A DNA stretch of 57,929 nt, taken from the NCBI GenBank assembly GCA_036166355.1, contig JAYZHR010000147.1, positions 1 to 57,929 on the forward strand. Reading direction: 5' to 3'. Origin of the DNA: Verrucomicrobiota bacterium. Its GTDB lineage: Bacteria > Verrucomicrobiota > Verrucomicrobiia > Limisphaerales > UBA1096. The notes below the pieces were generated by a model that saw only the letters and a program-made list of their open reading frames with translations, made no database searches and was not told the origin of the DNA. This document shows positions 1 to 9,600 of this stretch, in pieces. The stretch's first letter is position 1. Each line of letters opens with the position of its first letter. Position numbers and translations under genes: made by a program.

Positions 1-592
1 CTTGTTTTTTTGAAGGAGTAGATGGAGTGATTAGCTTTGTTTTCTTTTTATTAGGTAATTCGGTAATTTCCATTACTGACACTGTTGTTCCAGTGCCGAT
101 TGAATCACCGACGGCTACATTTATTTCAATAATCTTTCCGCTATAAGGAGATGGGATCTCCATTGCTGCCTTGTCGCCTTCGACGCTAATGATGGGTTTT
201 TCTATTTCAATCTCATCACCAACGGCAACGTGAATTTCGGTTACAGTCACTTCGTCTGAGCCGACATCTGGTAAAGGAATTTTTTTAGAGGTGATGACAG
301 TTTCTTCTAATTTTTTTTCTTCCTGATTCGTCGAATCATTACTTGTAGTTGAATCGCTCTTATCAGGCTCAATCATCAAAACAAGCGTGCCAGTCGAAAC
401 TGAGTCGCCGACAGCTATTTTTATCTCTGTAATAGTGCCGCATTTTGGTGATGGTATTTCCATGGCGGCTTTGTCGCCTTCGACACTAATTAAAGGTGTG
501 TCAATTTCGATTCTGTCGCCAATGTTTACAAGAACTTCTGTGACTTCTGCTGAATCTGTTCCGATGTCCGGTAGATGGATTTCGATTGCCAT
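1..592 (-). CDS. aceF: Dihydrolipoamide acetyltransferase (pyruvate dehydrogenase E2), N-terminal part; continues beyond the left edge
   Basis: It is absent from the ORF track because it has no stop in the window. The reverse-strand ATG is at 592..590, 9 nt after the aceE stop. My translation is MAIEIHLPDIGTDSAEVTEVLVNIGDRIEIDTPLISVEGDKAAMEIPSPKCGTITEIKIAVGD..., then a Ser/Thr/Glu-rich linker and a second module ...ISVEGDKAAMEIPSPYSGKIIEINVAVGD. That is two lipoyl domains, each with the EGDKA lipoyl-lysine motif. Confidence 0.85.
   Translation of the reverse strand, partial: MAIEIHLPDIGTDSAEVTEVLVNIGDRIEIDTPLISVEGDKAAMEIPSPKCGTITEIKIAVGDSVSTGTLVLMIEPDKSDSTTSNDSTNQEEKKLEETVITSKKIPLPDVGSDEVTVTEIHVAVGDEIEIEKPIISVEGDKAAMEIPSPYSGKIIEINVAVGDSIGTGTTVSVMEITELPNKKKTKLITPSTPSKKQ
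85..592. repeat. Tandem duplication with a 300-bp period (two lipoyl-domain coding modules of aceF)
   Basis: The sequence ccattgctgccttgtcgccttcgacgctaat at 161..191 aligns with ccatggcggctttgtcgccttcgacactaat at 461..491, exactly 300 bp apart. Similarity extends across both modules. Confidence 0.6.
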
Positions 593-601
593 ATCTAGAA
601 C

Positions 602-3253
602 CTAGCTAAACAAAGGGTTAGTTTTGTTGTTGTCTATGCCGTACTTTTTAATGGCCTCGGTGACAGCGCTTTTTTCCACATCACCTCGTTTTGATAATTC
701 GTTCAGCGTTGCAACAACGACGTAATGGTGGTTTACCTCAAAGTGGTTGCGAAGATTTTCACGACTATCTGAACGACCAAACCCATCCGTGCCTAATACA
801 AAATATGATTCGGCAGGAACATAGGCGCGGATTTGATCTGCATAGTTTTTCATATAGTCGGTTGCAGCGATCGCCGGTTCATTCCCCATTACCTCCGTGA
901 CGTATGGAATACGTGATTTGCTTTCAGGATTTATCATGTTGTGGCGGATAGCGTCTTGCCCATCGCGGGCAAGCTCGTTGAAGGATGTGACACTAAAGAC
1001 ATCTGAACCAATTTTGTATTCCTTACTCAAAACATCTGAAGCCTTGATTATTTCATTGAGGATCGTCCCTGATCCAAGTAGTTGCACCTTTGTTTTTTTG
1101 CCATCACGGCTAAGTAATTTGTAGATACCACGCCGAATACCATCTTCTACGCCATTTGGCATGGCTGGTTGATGGTAGGTTTCGTTCATGAGTGTAAGAT
1201 AGTAATAGACGTTTTCCTGTTTAGGCCCATACATTCGCTGAAGTCCGTCTTGAATAATAACAACCATCTCATAGGCGAAAGTTGGATCGTATGAAATACA
1301 GTTAGGGATGGTGCTGGCTAGAATATGACTGTGGCCATCCTCGTGTTGAAGTCCTTCACCGTTAAGTGTGGTGCGTCCGGCGGTTGCGCCAAGCAGGAAT
1401 CCGCGAGCCTGCTGGTCTCCTGCAAGCCAGGTCATGTCGCCGACTCTTTGGAATCCGAACATTGAGTAGAATATATAGAATGGAACCATAGGCAGATCGT
1501 GGGTGCTGTAACTGGTCGCAGCAGCAACCCATGAGGCGATTGCTCCAAGTTCATTTATGCCCTCCTGTAGCACTTGGCCACTGGTGTCTTCCTTGTAATA
1601 GGAAACACCTTCACGGTCTTGAGGTACATAGTTTTGGCCATGTGGATTATAGATACCAATCTGTCGGAATAACCCTTCCATCCCAAATGTACGAGCTTCG
1701 TCAGCAACAATCGGTACTATATTTTCCCCAATAGATTTATTTTTAAGTAAAATGTTTAAAGCTCGGACGAAAGCAAGTGTTGTTGATATTTCACGGGATT
1801 GTTCGGTTAATAAGCTTTCGAATTCTGAAAGTTCAGGCACTTTAAATTCGCCAGTGAAATTGATTGATCGTTGAGGAAGATAACCATGAAGAGATTTTCT
1901 TCTAGCATGTAGATATTCATATTCAGCCGAATTCTTCTCTAAAGTTAGGTATGGAAGGTTAGGAATGTCTTCGTCGGAAACACGGTCATTTAGCCAAAGT
2001 CGATCTCGCATGTGAATTATGGATGATAAATCCATTTTTTTAACCTGATGAGCAATGTTTTTACCTTCTGCAGCAGTGCCCATGGAATATCCCTTGATAG
2101 TTTTTGCTAAAATGACAGTGGGCCGGTCTATGGTTTCTTCTGCTCGTTTCAATGCAGCATAAATTTTAGAGGGATCGTGTCCGCCTCGGCGAAGAGCGAA
2201 AATTTCTTCATCACTCATATCTTCAACCAGAGCAGCTGTTTCTGGATATTTTCCAAAGAAATGTTCACGCACATAGGCGCCATCTTTAGATTTAAAATTT
2301 TGATAATCGCCATCAACAGTTTCTTCCATTAACTGAAGTAATTTCCCACTTTTATCTTTAGCAAGTAGGCGATCCCATTCTCCACCCCATATAACCTTAA
2401 TTACATACCAACCGGCACCGCGGAATAATCCTTCAAGTTCTTGGATAATTTTACCGTTACCCATTACAGGCCCGTCGAGTCGTTGAAGATTGCAGTTAAT
2501 TAGAAAGCAAAGATTGTTTAGTTTTTCGCGTGCAGCAAATGACAGAGCTCCTCGAGATTCAGGTTCATCCATTTCTCCATCACCAAGAAAGGCGTAGACT
2601 CTTTGTTTCGAAGTATTTTTTAGTCCGTTATTTTCCAGATAACGAAGGAATCTTGCCTGATAAATTGCAGAGATAGGTGCAAGACCCATTGAGACTGTTG
2701 GGAATTGCCAGTAATCAGGCATTAATTTTGGATGTGGATAAGAAGACAATCCATTTCCGTCTACTTCTTGTCTGAAATTATCAAGTTGCTCCTCAGTTAA
2801 TCGACCTTCAACAAATGATCGTGCATAGATTCCAGGCGAGATGTGTCCTTGGTAATAAATTAAGTCTCCACTATCTTGTTCGTTAGGGGCTCGAAAAAAA
2901 TGGTTAAATCCGACTTCGTAAAAAGTCGCTGCAGATTGATAAGATGCCATATGCCCTCCGAGTTCCATGTCTTTCTTGGAGGCTCTCAAGACCATCATTA
3001 TGGCGTTCCAGCGAATTATAGATCGAATTCGGCGTTCAATGGTAATATCACCTGGATAGGGGTGTTCTTCCGACAGTGGAATTGTATTGCAATATTGGGT
3101 ATGAATGCCCGTTGGTAGATCCACCCCGTTAGCCAAAGCTTCGTCAATGACTTGCTCCACAAGGAATTGGGCACGCTGAATACCTTCTGTTTTTATAACA
3201 GAATTAATCGCTTCTAGCCATTCCCTAGTCTCGGTAGGATCTATATCATTCAT
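602..3253 (-). CDS. aceE: Pyruvate dehydrogenase E1 component (homodimeric AceE type)
   Basis: This is an 883-aa ORF of the size expected for single-chain E1. It has the thiamine-diphosphate motif LGDGEMDEPES. It lies directly upstream of the lipoyl-domain E2 gene with a 9-nt gap. Confidence 0.95.
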   Translation of the reverse strand: MNDIDPTETREWLEAINSVIKTEGIQRAQFLVEQVIDEALANGVDLPTGIHTQYCNTIPLSEEHPYPGDITIERRIRSIIRWNAIMMVLRASKKDMELGGHMASYQSAATFYEVGFNHFFRAPNEQDSGDLIYYQGHISPGIYARSFVEGRLTEEQLDNFRQEVDGNGLSSYPHPKLMPDYWQFPTVSMGLAPISAIYQARFLRYLENNGLKNTSKQRVYAFLGDGEMDEPESRGALSFAAREKLNNLCFLINCNLQRLDGPVMGNGKIIQELEGLFRGAGWYVIKVIWGGEWDRLLAKDKSGKLLQLMEETVDGDYQNFKSKDGAYVREHFFGKYPETAALVEDMSDEEIFALRRGGHDPSKIYAALKRAEETIDRPTVILAKTIKGYSMGTAAEGKNIAHQVKKMDLSSIIHMRDRLWLNDRVSDEDIPNLPYLTLEKNSAEYEYLHARRKSLHGYLPQRSINFTGEFKVPELSEFESLLTEQSREISTTLAFVRALNILLKNKSIGENIVPIVADEARTFGMEGLFRQIGIYNPHGQNYVPQDREGVSYYKEDTSGQVLQEGINELGAIASWVAAATSYSTHDLPMVPFYIFYSMFGFQRVGDMTWLAGDQQARGFLLGATAGRTTLNGEGLQHEDGHSHILASTIPNCISYDPTFAYEMVVIIQDGLQRMYGPKQENVYYYLTLMNETYHQPAMPNGVEDGIRRGIYKLLSRDGKKTKVQLLGSGTILNEIIKASDVLSKEYKIGSDVFSVTSFNELARDGQDAIRHNMINPESKSRIPYVTEVMGNEPAIAATDYMKNYADQIRAYVPAESYFVLGTDGFGRSDSRENLRNHFEVNHHYVVVATLNELSKRGDVEKSAVTEAIKKYGIDNNKTNPLFS

Positions 3254-3453
3254 TGAGTAAAAACAATAAGTTGAATACTACTTTTTTAAAAAAGTACTTT
3301 ATTTGAAATAAATTGGGGAGAGTGCGGTTTTATTTGCATAAACTCCTCCTAGATCGCCTCGTTTGACGATCATGTAGCTCCTCAGCAAAACACGCGAAGG
3401 AACTGATAGTCTAGTTGAACTAATTAGTCAAAAGACCTTTTTTGGTTTAGAGT

Positions 3454-5052
3454 TTATTTTTTGCTACGCATTTTGGTTTGCCAGCTATCAGGCTTTTCAG
3501 AAATATCGCTATTGTCTTGATAATGTTTCTGGAGTTTATCTAAACGATTCTTCATGCGTTTTTGCAGTTTAGCATGTTCCGATTTGCCATAAATATTGTT
3601 TAATTCGTCTGGATCATTCTTGAGGTCGTACATTTCCCATTCATCGCCAAACTGATAAAAGTGCATTAGTTTGTAGCGTTGAGTACGAATTCCATAATGT
3701 CTCGGTACCATATGTACGCTTGGGTATTCGTAGTAATGATAGTAAATGCCCTTTCGCCAGTCATTTGGGGATTGCCCTTTAAGTAACGGCACAAGTGATC
3801 GCCCTTGCATATCTCTTGGAATTGAGACGCCGGCCATATCCAGAAATGTTTCAGCATAGTCCAGATTTTGAATAAGATGCTTGTCACGACTTCCTGGTTT
3901 AGTCACGCCCGGCCATTTAACAATGAAAGGCATCATGAGTGATTCTTCGTACATCCAGCGTTTATCATACCAGCCATGGTCGCCTATATAGAAACCTTGG
4001 TCAGATGAATAGATCACTACAGTGTTATCATGGAGCTCCAATTCTTTGAGTGTATCCTGAAGTAGTCCAATACTTTCATCAACGCCTTTGACACAACGAA
4101 GATAATTTTTTGCATAACGTTGAAATTTCCAACGAACCAAATCCTTTCCCTTTAGTTTAGACTTGTGAAATGCTTCGTCTTTGGGGCCGTAGGATGCTCG
4201 CCACTTGGTCAACTGATCTTTACTCATGCGCTTCATGTTGAACCACGCAGAACGATCTTGACGTTTTTGAGAGGGCGCTTGATTGAATTCGGGTGTGAGA
4301 TCGACAAAAAGATCATAGTTTAAGTCCATGTGACGGTCGATCTCCAGTTCTTGATGACGAGCAGGTGGAGCATTATCTTCCCATTTGTCGAAAAGTGTTG
4401 AAGGTTCGGGAATGGTTATATTGTCGTAAAGATTGAGGTGGCGTAATGCTGGCATCCAGTTGCGATGTGGAGCTTTATGCTGAACCATTAGCATAAACGG
4501 CTTGTTTTTATCCCGTTTATTTTTCAGCCAGTTAACTGCAAGATTTGTGACTACATCAGTGCAGTATCCATCTATGCGCCTCTTTCCATCGGCGAATATC
4601 ATGTCTGGGTTATAGTATAATCCCTGACCTGGTAAAACGGCCCAATCATCAAATCCTTGTGGTTTGCCTTTTAAATGGCTCTTGCCATAGATTGCAGTTT
4701 GATAGCCGTTTTTACGTAGAATTTTCGGGAAAATCTGTTGGTTCCAATTAAACGAGTTGCCGTTATTCATGAACCCATTCTTGTGGCTATGTTTACCACT
4801 AAGAATTACTGCGCGACTTGGACCGCAGATAGAGTTGGAACAAAAGCTTTTTTCGAAAAGCATTCCTTCTTTTGCTAACTTGTCGATTACAGGAGTTGGG
4901 TTAACTGACTTGAGCCAACCGTTATAGGCGCCGATGGCGTGTGGTGCGTGATCATCAGTGAACACAAAAAGTATGTTGGGTCGATCTGATTTGGCTTGGA
5001 CTGACGAGACCAATCCGACTAGTAATGTTAATAGGGCATTGAAACGTTTCAT
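3454..5052 (-). CDS. Exported sulfatase (formylglycine-dependent, S1 family)
   Basis: The 532-aa ORF starts with a signal peptide, MKRFNALLTLLVGLVSSVQA. It has the PNILFVFTDDH metal-site start and the Cys-type FGly motif C-G-P-S-R in SICGPSRAVILSGK. Confidence 0.9.
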   Translation of the reverse strand: MKRFNALLTLLVGLVSSVQAKSDRPNILFVFTDDHAPHAIGAYNGWLKSVNPTPVIDKLAKEGMLFEKSFCSNSICGPSRAVILSGKHSHKNGFMNNGNSFNWNQQIFPKILRKNGYQTAIYGKSHLKGKPQGFDDWAVLPGQGLYYNPDMIFADGKRRIDGYCTDVVTNLAVNWLKNKRDKNKPFMLMVQHKAPHRNWMPALRHLNLYDNITIPEPSTLFDKWEDNAPPARHQELEIDRHMDLNYDLFVDLTPEFNQAPSQKRQDRSAWFNMKRMSKDQLTKWRASYGPKDEAFHKSKLKGKDLVRWKFQRYAKNYLRCVKGVDESIGLLQDTLKELELHDNTVVIYSSDQGFYIGDHGWYDKRWMYEESLMMPFIVKWPGVTKPGSRDKHLIQNLDYAETFLDMAGVSIPRDMQGRSLVPLLKGQSPNDWRKGIYYHYYEYPSVHMVPRHYGIRTQRYKLMHFYQFGDEWEMYDLKNDPDELNNIYGKSEHAKLQKRMKNRLDKLQKHYQDNSDISEKPDSWQTKMRSKK

Positions 5053-5105
5053 GATACCAATATCTGTGAAGAAACCTACCAGTTCGCAAGTGCTTGGCCA
5101 AGAGA

Positions 5106-6515
5106 TCAGTGGATGACAACCATTTTCGTTTCTGTCATTTCTTCGATCGCATACTTTGGGCCTTCCTTGCCCATTCCACTGTCTTTAAGTCCTCCATATG
5201 GCATGGTTTCAGCGCGCCAAGCAGTTCCATAGTTAATATGAAGACTACCGCTTTCAACTTCGCGGGCGAACCTCATTGCCTTGTCAATATCTTGTGTAAA
5301 GATTGCTGCACTTAGCCCGAAACGGGTATTATTGGCTAAATGTATAGCATCTTCGATGTTTTCTGCCTTGGTTATACCAACGGCTGGTCCAAACAGTTCC
5401 TCACAGCTAATTCGCATATCGCTACTTACGTTGGATAGAACTGCTGGTTGAATTATTGCGTCTTTTCTTTCGCCTCCACAATGAAGCTTGGCTCCATTGA
5501 GCTGTGCTTGGCCGATCCACTCCTCAACACGACGTGCATCGCTTTCACGAATGAGTGGGCCGATGTCGGATTTGTCGTCAAGCTGATTTCCAGCGGTGAG
5601 TTGACTGACTTTGGTTGTGATTGCATCAAGTAGTTCATCATGAATGTTTGGCGTAGTCAGGATTCGTTGAGATGAAATGCATACTTGGCCAGCATTGGAG
5701 AAGCCGGAAACTGCAATAGCATTGGCGACCTTCTCTGGATCCGCATCGTCGAGTACAATAACTGGACTGTTTGATCCAAGCTCCATGGTTATACGTTTAA
5801 GTCCGGCTAATCTACAAATCTGTTCGCCTACTTCAGCGCTACCGGTGAAGCTGATTTTGCGAATACGAGAGTCCAGACATATTGCTTTGCCTAGCTCAGC
5901 TCCGGAACCGGTAACACAAGCGATAGCCTCCTCTGGCAGTCCTGCCTCAAGGAATAACTCTACCAGTTTTAAAGAAGAGAGAGGTGTATCCGACGCTGGT
6001 TTTAATAATATTGCGTTGCCTCCAGCGATCGCCGGGCCAAGCTTGTGAGCTACAAGGTTTAAAGGGAAATTAAATGGGGTGATTGCCGCGACAATGCCAC
6101 ATGGGACGCGCAGTGAGAATCCAATTTTACCTACGCCCCCCGGCGTAGAATCACGAGGTAGGGTTTCACCGTGCAGTCTACGTGCTTCATCGGCAGATAG
6201 ATCAATAGTTTCTGCAGCCCGACTGGTTTCAATACGACTTTCTGCCAGAACCTTTCCTTCTTCGGAGCTGATTAGTTGGGAGATTTCCTCCTTTTGCTCT
6301 CGTATTAGATTTCCAGTCTTGCGGAGAATCTCGACACGTTTATATGATGGTAGTTGACGCATAGTTTCTGCGCCCTTAGCTAAACCGTCTATGGCGGCAG
6401 TGATTTCTGCTGGTGATGCGCTAGGTATTGTGTCGATGACAGAGCCGTCGAACGGGTTTAATACTTCGTTCTTTTTGTTAAGGTTTTGCCACTCACCATT
6501 TAGAAAAATTTTCAT
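5106..6515 (-). CDS. NAD(P)-dependent aldehyde dehydrogenase
   Basis: The ORF is 469 aa from the ATG at 6515; the track's TTG at 6551 would add 12 aa and overlap a terminator hairpin. The N-terminus MKIFLNGEW is typical of the family. It has FTGSAEVG, the catalytic Glu in MELGSNSP, and the catalytic Cys in AGQVCISSQR. Confidence 0.9.
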   Translation of the reverse strand: MKIFLNGEWQNLNKKNEVLNPFDGSVIDTIPSASPAEITAAIDGLAKGAETMRQLPSYKRVEILRKTGNLIREQKEEISQLISSEEGKVLAESRIETSRAAETIDLSADEARRLHGETLPRDSTPGGVGKIGFSLRVPCGIVAAITPFNFPLNLVAHKLGPAIAGGNAILLKPASDTPLSSLKLVELFLEAGLPEEAIACVTGSGAELGKAICLDSRIRKISFTGSAEVGEQICRLAGLKRITMELGSNSPVIVLDDADPEKVANAIAVSGFSNAGQVCISSQRILTTPNIHDELLDAITTKVSQLTAGNQLDDKSDIGPLIRESDARRVEEWIGQAQLNGAKLHCGGERKDAIIQPAVLSNVSSDMRISCEELFGPAVGITKAENIEDAIHLANNTRFGLSAAIFTQDIDKAMRFAREVESGSLHINYGTAWRAETMPYGGLKDSGMGKEGPKYAIEEMTETKMVVIH

Positions 6516-6552
6516 AGAAAGATTGTCATATTCTATCTTGGTTAAGTGCAAT

Positions 6553-6580
6553 AAAAAAGCCCCCGATAATCAGGGGCTTA
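6553..6580 (-). terminator. Rho-independent terminator after the PFOR-like gene
   Basis: AGCCCC (6558..6563) pairs with GGGGCT (6573..6578) around a 9-nt loop. The A-run at 6553..6558 on the + strand becomes a U-tail on the minus-strand transcript. The element sits between the PFOR stop (6602) and the aldehyde dehydrogenase ATG (6515). Confidence 0.6.
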
Positions 6581-6601
6581 TCGAAACTTTTAAATGCCGT
6601 G

Positions 6602-9600
6602 TTAAGCCGTAGCACCTTCGATTTCTTCATTGAGCAGTTCCCAGCCTCGATTGATTAGATCGTCACGATTCAGTTCTTCTTTTTCGATTTTTTCGAGTAG
6701 TGCTTTTTGTGCTGGATAATCTTTATTTTCAACACCAGCTTTACTTTGAAGCATGCGCCATGCCTTACGGCGTTCAACTGCGAACAATACCATTTGTCGA
6801 CTTACTGTGAAGTATTTGAACTTCCCATCGACCTCTGCTTTGAAGTAAACACCAAAATCTGGGACGTATGCGATATGGTCTTCTTTGAATACATTACGAT
6901 ATGTGACATCTTGCTGTGTAATGCAAGTGAGCATATTGTCTATATGTATGAACTCACTCACACTACTTTCAGGGATTGCCTTGAGATGTTTACGGAAACG
7001 TGCCTCAGTAATCGCCCAGTGGGCGACGGTATAATTGTATTTTTCCCCTGTGGATTTGTATTTATGCTCCCACCAATCGCGTTTGACAGAGGGGTTGCCT
7101 TTAAGGTCAAGGCATTCCTGCTGTGTTTCGCCGGCGCGAGGGTTGTAAACGAATTCTGGCATGCCGCGGCTGTCACGGATAAGTCGTGCTTGGTCGTTAG
7201 ACATGTGATCTGGAACACCGTGTTCAGGTTGGCAGGTTGTATAGCATTGGAAAAAAGCTGTGCCGCGGTATTCTAAACCCTCGAGCATTGCACGATAAGT
7301 TTTAGCACTATTTGCCATGGATACCTGTGCCACATAAGGTGAACCATGTCCGCTTATGAAGGCTTCGGATACGCTTTTCTTTTCGACTAGCTTTCCTTGA
7401 GAGGCTACACCGAACTGGTTCATGTCATAGCCGCCTAGCATGTTGGAACTATCGGAATTTTGTCCGCCGGTATTTGAGTAAACCTGTGTATCAAGCATTA
7501 GCATTAGCACATTTGGTTTGTTCTGAAGGACAACCTTAGAGACGTTTTGAAAGCCGATGTCGCCCATTGCGCCGTCACCTCCTATTGCCCAAACTTTTGG
7601 TAATTCACGAATTTCGTCGTCAGTCATTAATGTGTCATCTAGGTGAGTTAGACCGAAATACTCTTCGTGCGAACTAATATTAATCTCACGCGTTAATAGT
7701 GCATTGGCCAAACGTTCTGGAACAACTGACCGACGGGCGTGGTTAGCGATAGCAGCCTCGCTAATTAACCAACTTATTGTAGCGCCATCTTGAAAGAGTG
7801 AGTTCATCCAAGGATAAGGATGTGGATTAGAAGGGGGAGTTGATCCGTAAACGGTGTTACAGCCAGTGTGTGCGCCCATATACATTACGCTCATTCCATT
7901 GGGATGACGTCCATCAATCGCCTGTAAGTCGCGGTGATTAAAAGCGTCCTGCCTCAGTACAGCACATAGTGCATCGATAATTTCTTGATCAGTAATTTCT
8001 CCATGTTCAGCTAAGCGTTTGGCTGTGTCTTCGTCATTCTCTCCGCCTAAACCCATTATTGAGTGAGAAACAGACCATGTGAACCACTTGTATTCCTCTT
8101 CGTCACGGGTCTTAAGAGCCTCGAGTTTAGCAACACCATTATTCTCTAGTTCGGTTGCAGCTTCCCGAAGGCGAGAAGCTTTCTTATGGAAGATCGGTCG
8201 CATATAAGCTTCAGTAACAGAAGCACAGGCTCGTAGAACGCTCTTCTCGCCACAGCCAGCACATGCCCCGTCACCACTAACTAGAGCTTCGTAATTACGA
8301 CGGACCATGAGATGATTGCGAAGTGCGGCTTCTCTGGAATTCTCAGGTGTGTCGTCATTGTATAATCCTAGGAATTTCTGGCTCGTGTCTGGCAATAGCC
8401 TACTGAACACTTGTGCGGTCGCCAGTTCAGCATTCAGTTCTGGGGTCTCACGGGTCATTCGAAGAGCGTCATGATCTCCGCAAACTTGAACGCATTCTCC
8501 GCATCCTTTACAAAGATCGCTTACAAAAATAGAAAATAATCCACCATTCCCTGGGTTTTTCTTTTCGACAGTACGAAAAATTGCAGTTACATCGTTATAC
8601 GCCAGTGGAAGTTGATCGATTATGTTAGTAAATTCACTGCGAGCCTTTTCGGAAACTGTTGTTAGTTGATTTACCTCAGTACGTAGTATGTTTTTGAAGG
8701 GTTCCTTATTTTTGTTGGCAACATTGTCAACCATCTGTGATCTACAACGTTCTTCAAGCCCTTGTACTTCGTTGAGTAGTGCTTTTTGTTGGTCAGCATC
8801 GGTCACGTAGTTGCGGATGGCCGTTACCAAGACTGTACTGACATCTTGTGCAGTATTTGGCAGTGCGGTATCTGGGCAGGCTGTAATACACTCCATGCAT
8901 TGAGTGCAGTTTTCTGCGATGTAAACGGGAGTCTCGCGTCTAGCTACATATTTGCTCTGTGTTGCCCCGCTGGCAGCACCCATAAGACCAAGACTAGAAA
9001 GTGCGCCAGCTGGTTGGTGGTAGCCTAGGTCGTTACGAAATTCGGAATCAAACTTATTTAAGGTTTGGAATGGGGCTCGTACTTGGCCATCCGGCATAGC
9101 GCAGCTTGGACATCCACTGCTTTCACAGCCAGATGTAGGTGACATTTCAATAGCGGAGGCATTTACTGGCGATAACAGTGGATTTCGCATGCTGGAAGTG
9201 TCTTCATCTTCTAGTTCTCCAATGTTGATTTGTTGAACCCGCTCGAAGCCCCCAATCATGACTTTCATGTTCGATTCCACTACTGCTTCACCAAAGCGCC
9301 CGAATTTTTTCTCATACTGTTTATGGACAATCTCGTGATATTGCTCATCACTAATTCCGTGATCCTTTAGAAAGCTGGATACTTTAAAAAACGCTCCTAG
9401 GAAGGAATTTCCCTGCATACGCAGTTGTAGATCTTCACGGTTTGTTGCTTCACGAGCGACGTCAAAACCAGGGAGTATGAATATACGAATATTATTGTCC
9501 TTAACATACTGGCGATGCTTTTCTGGTATACGTTTCCAAGCTTCTTCTGGAGAGTCGCTCGATTCCCAGACAAGACAGCCGCCTTTATTGATACCCTCGA

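Noticed and set aside
387-605. 72-aa + strand ORF at the left edge
   Set aside because: It lies entirely antisense to the clearly coding aceF lipoyl-domain sequence. The reverse frame gives a textbook lipoyl domain, while this frame has no recognisable features.
3277-3298. AT-only near-palindrome ACTACTTTTTT/AAAAAAGTACT upstream of aceE, considered as a terminator
   Set aside because: The stem would be almost purely A-U, with no loop and one mismatch. It is too weak for an intrinsic terminator and is more likely AT-rich promoter or UP-element DNA.
6707-7276. 189-aa + strand ORF, plus several 60-90-aa ORFs on both strands between 6958 and 10636
   Set aside because: All are embedded in, or antisense to, the 1566-aa PFOR-like gene, whose frame carries every catalytic motif. 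They look like shadow ORFs.
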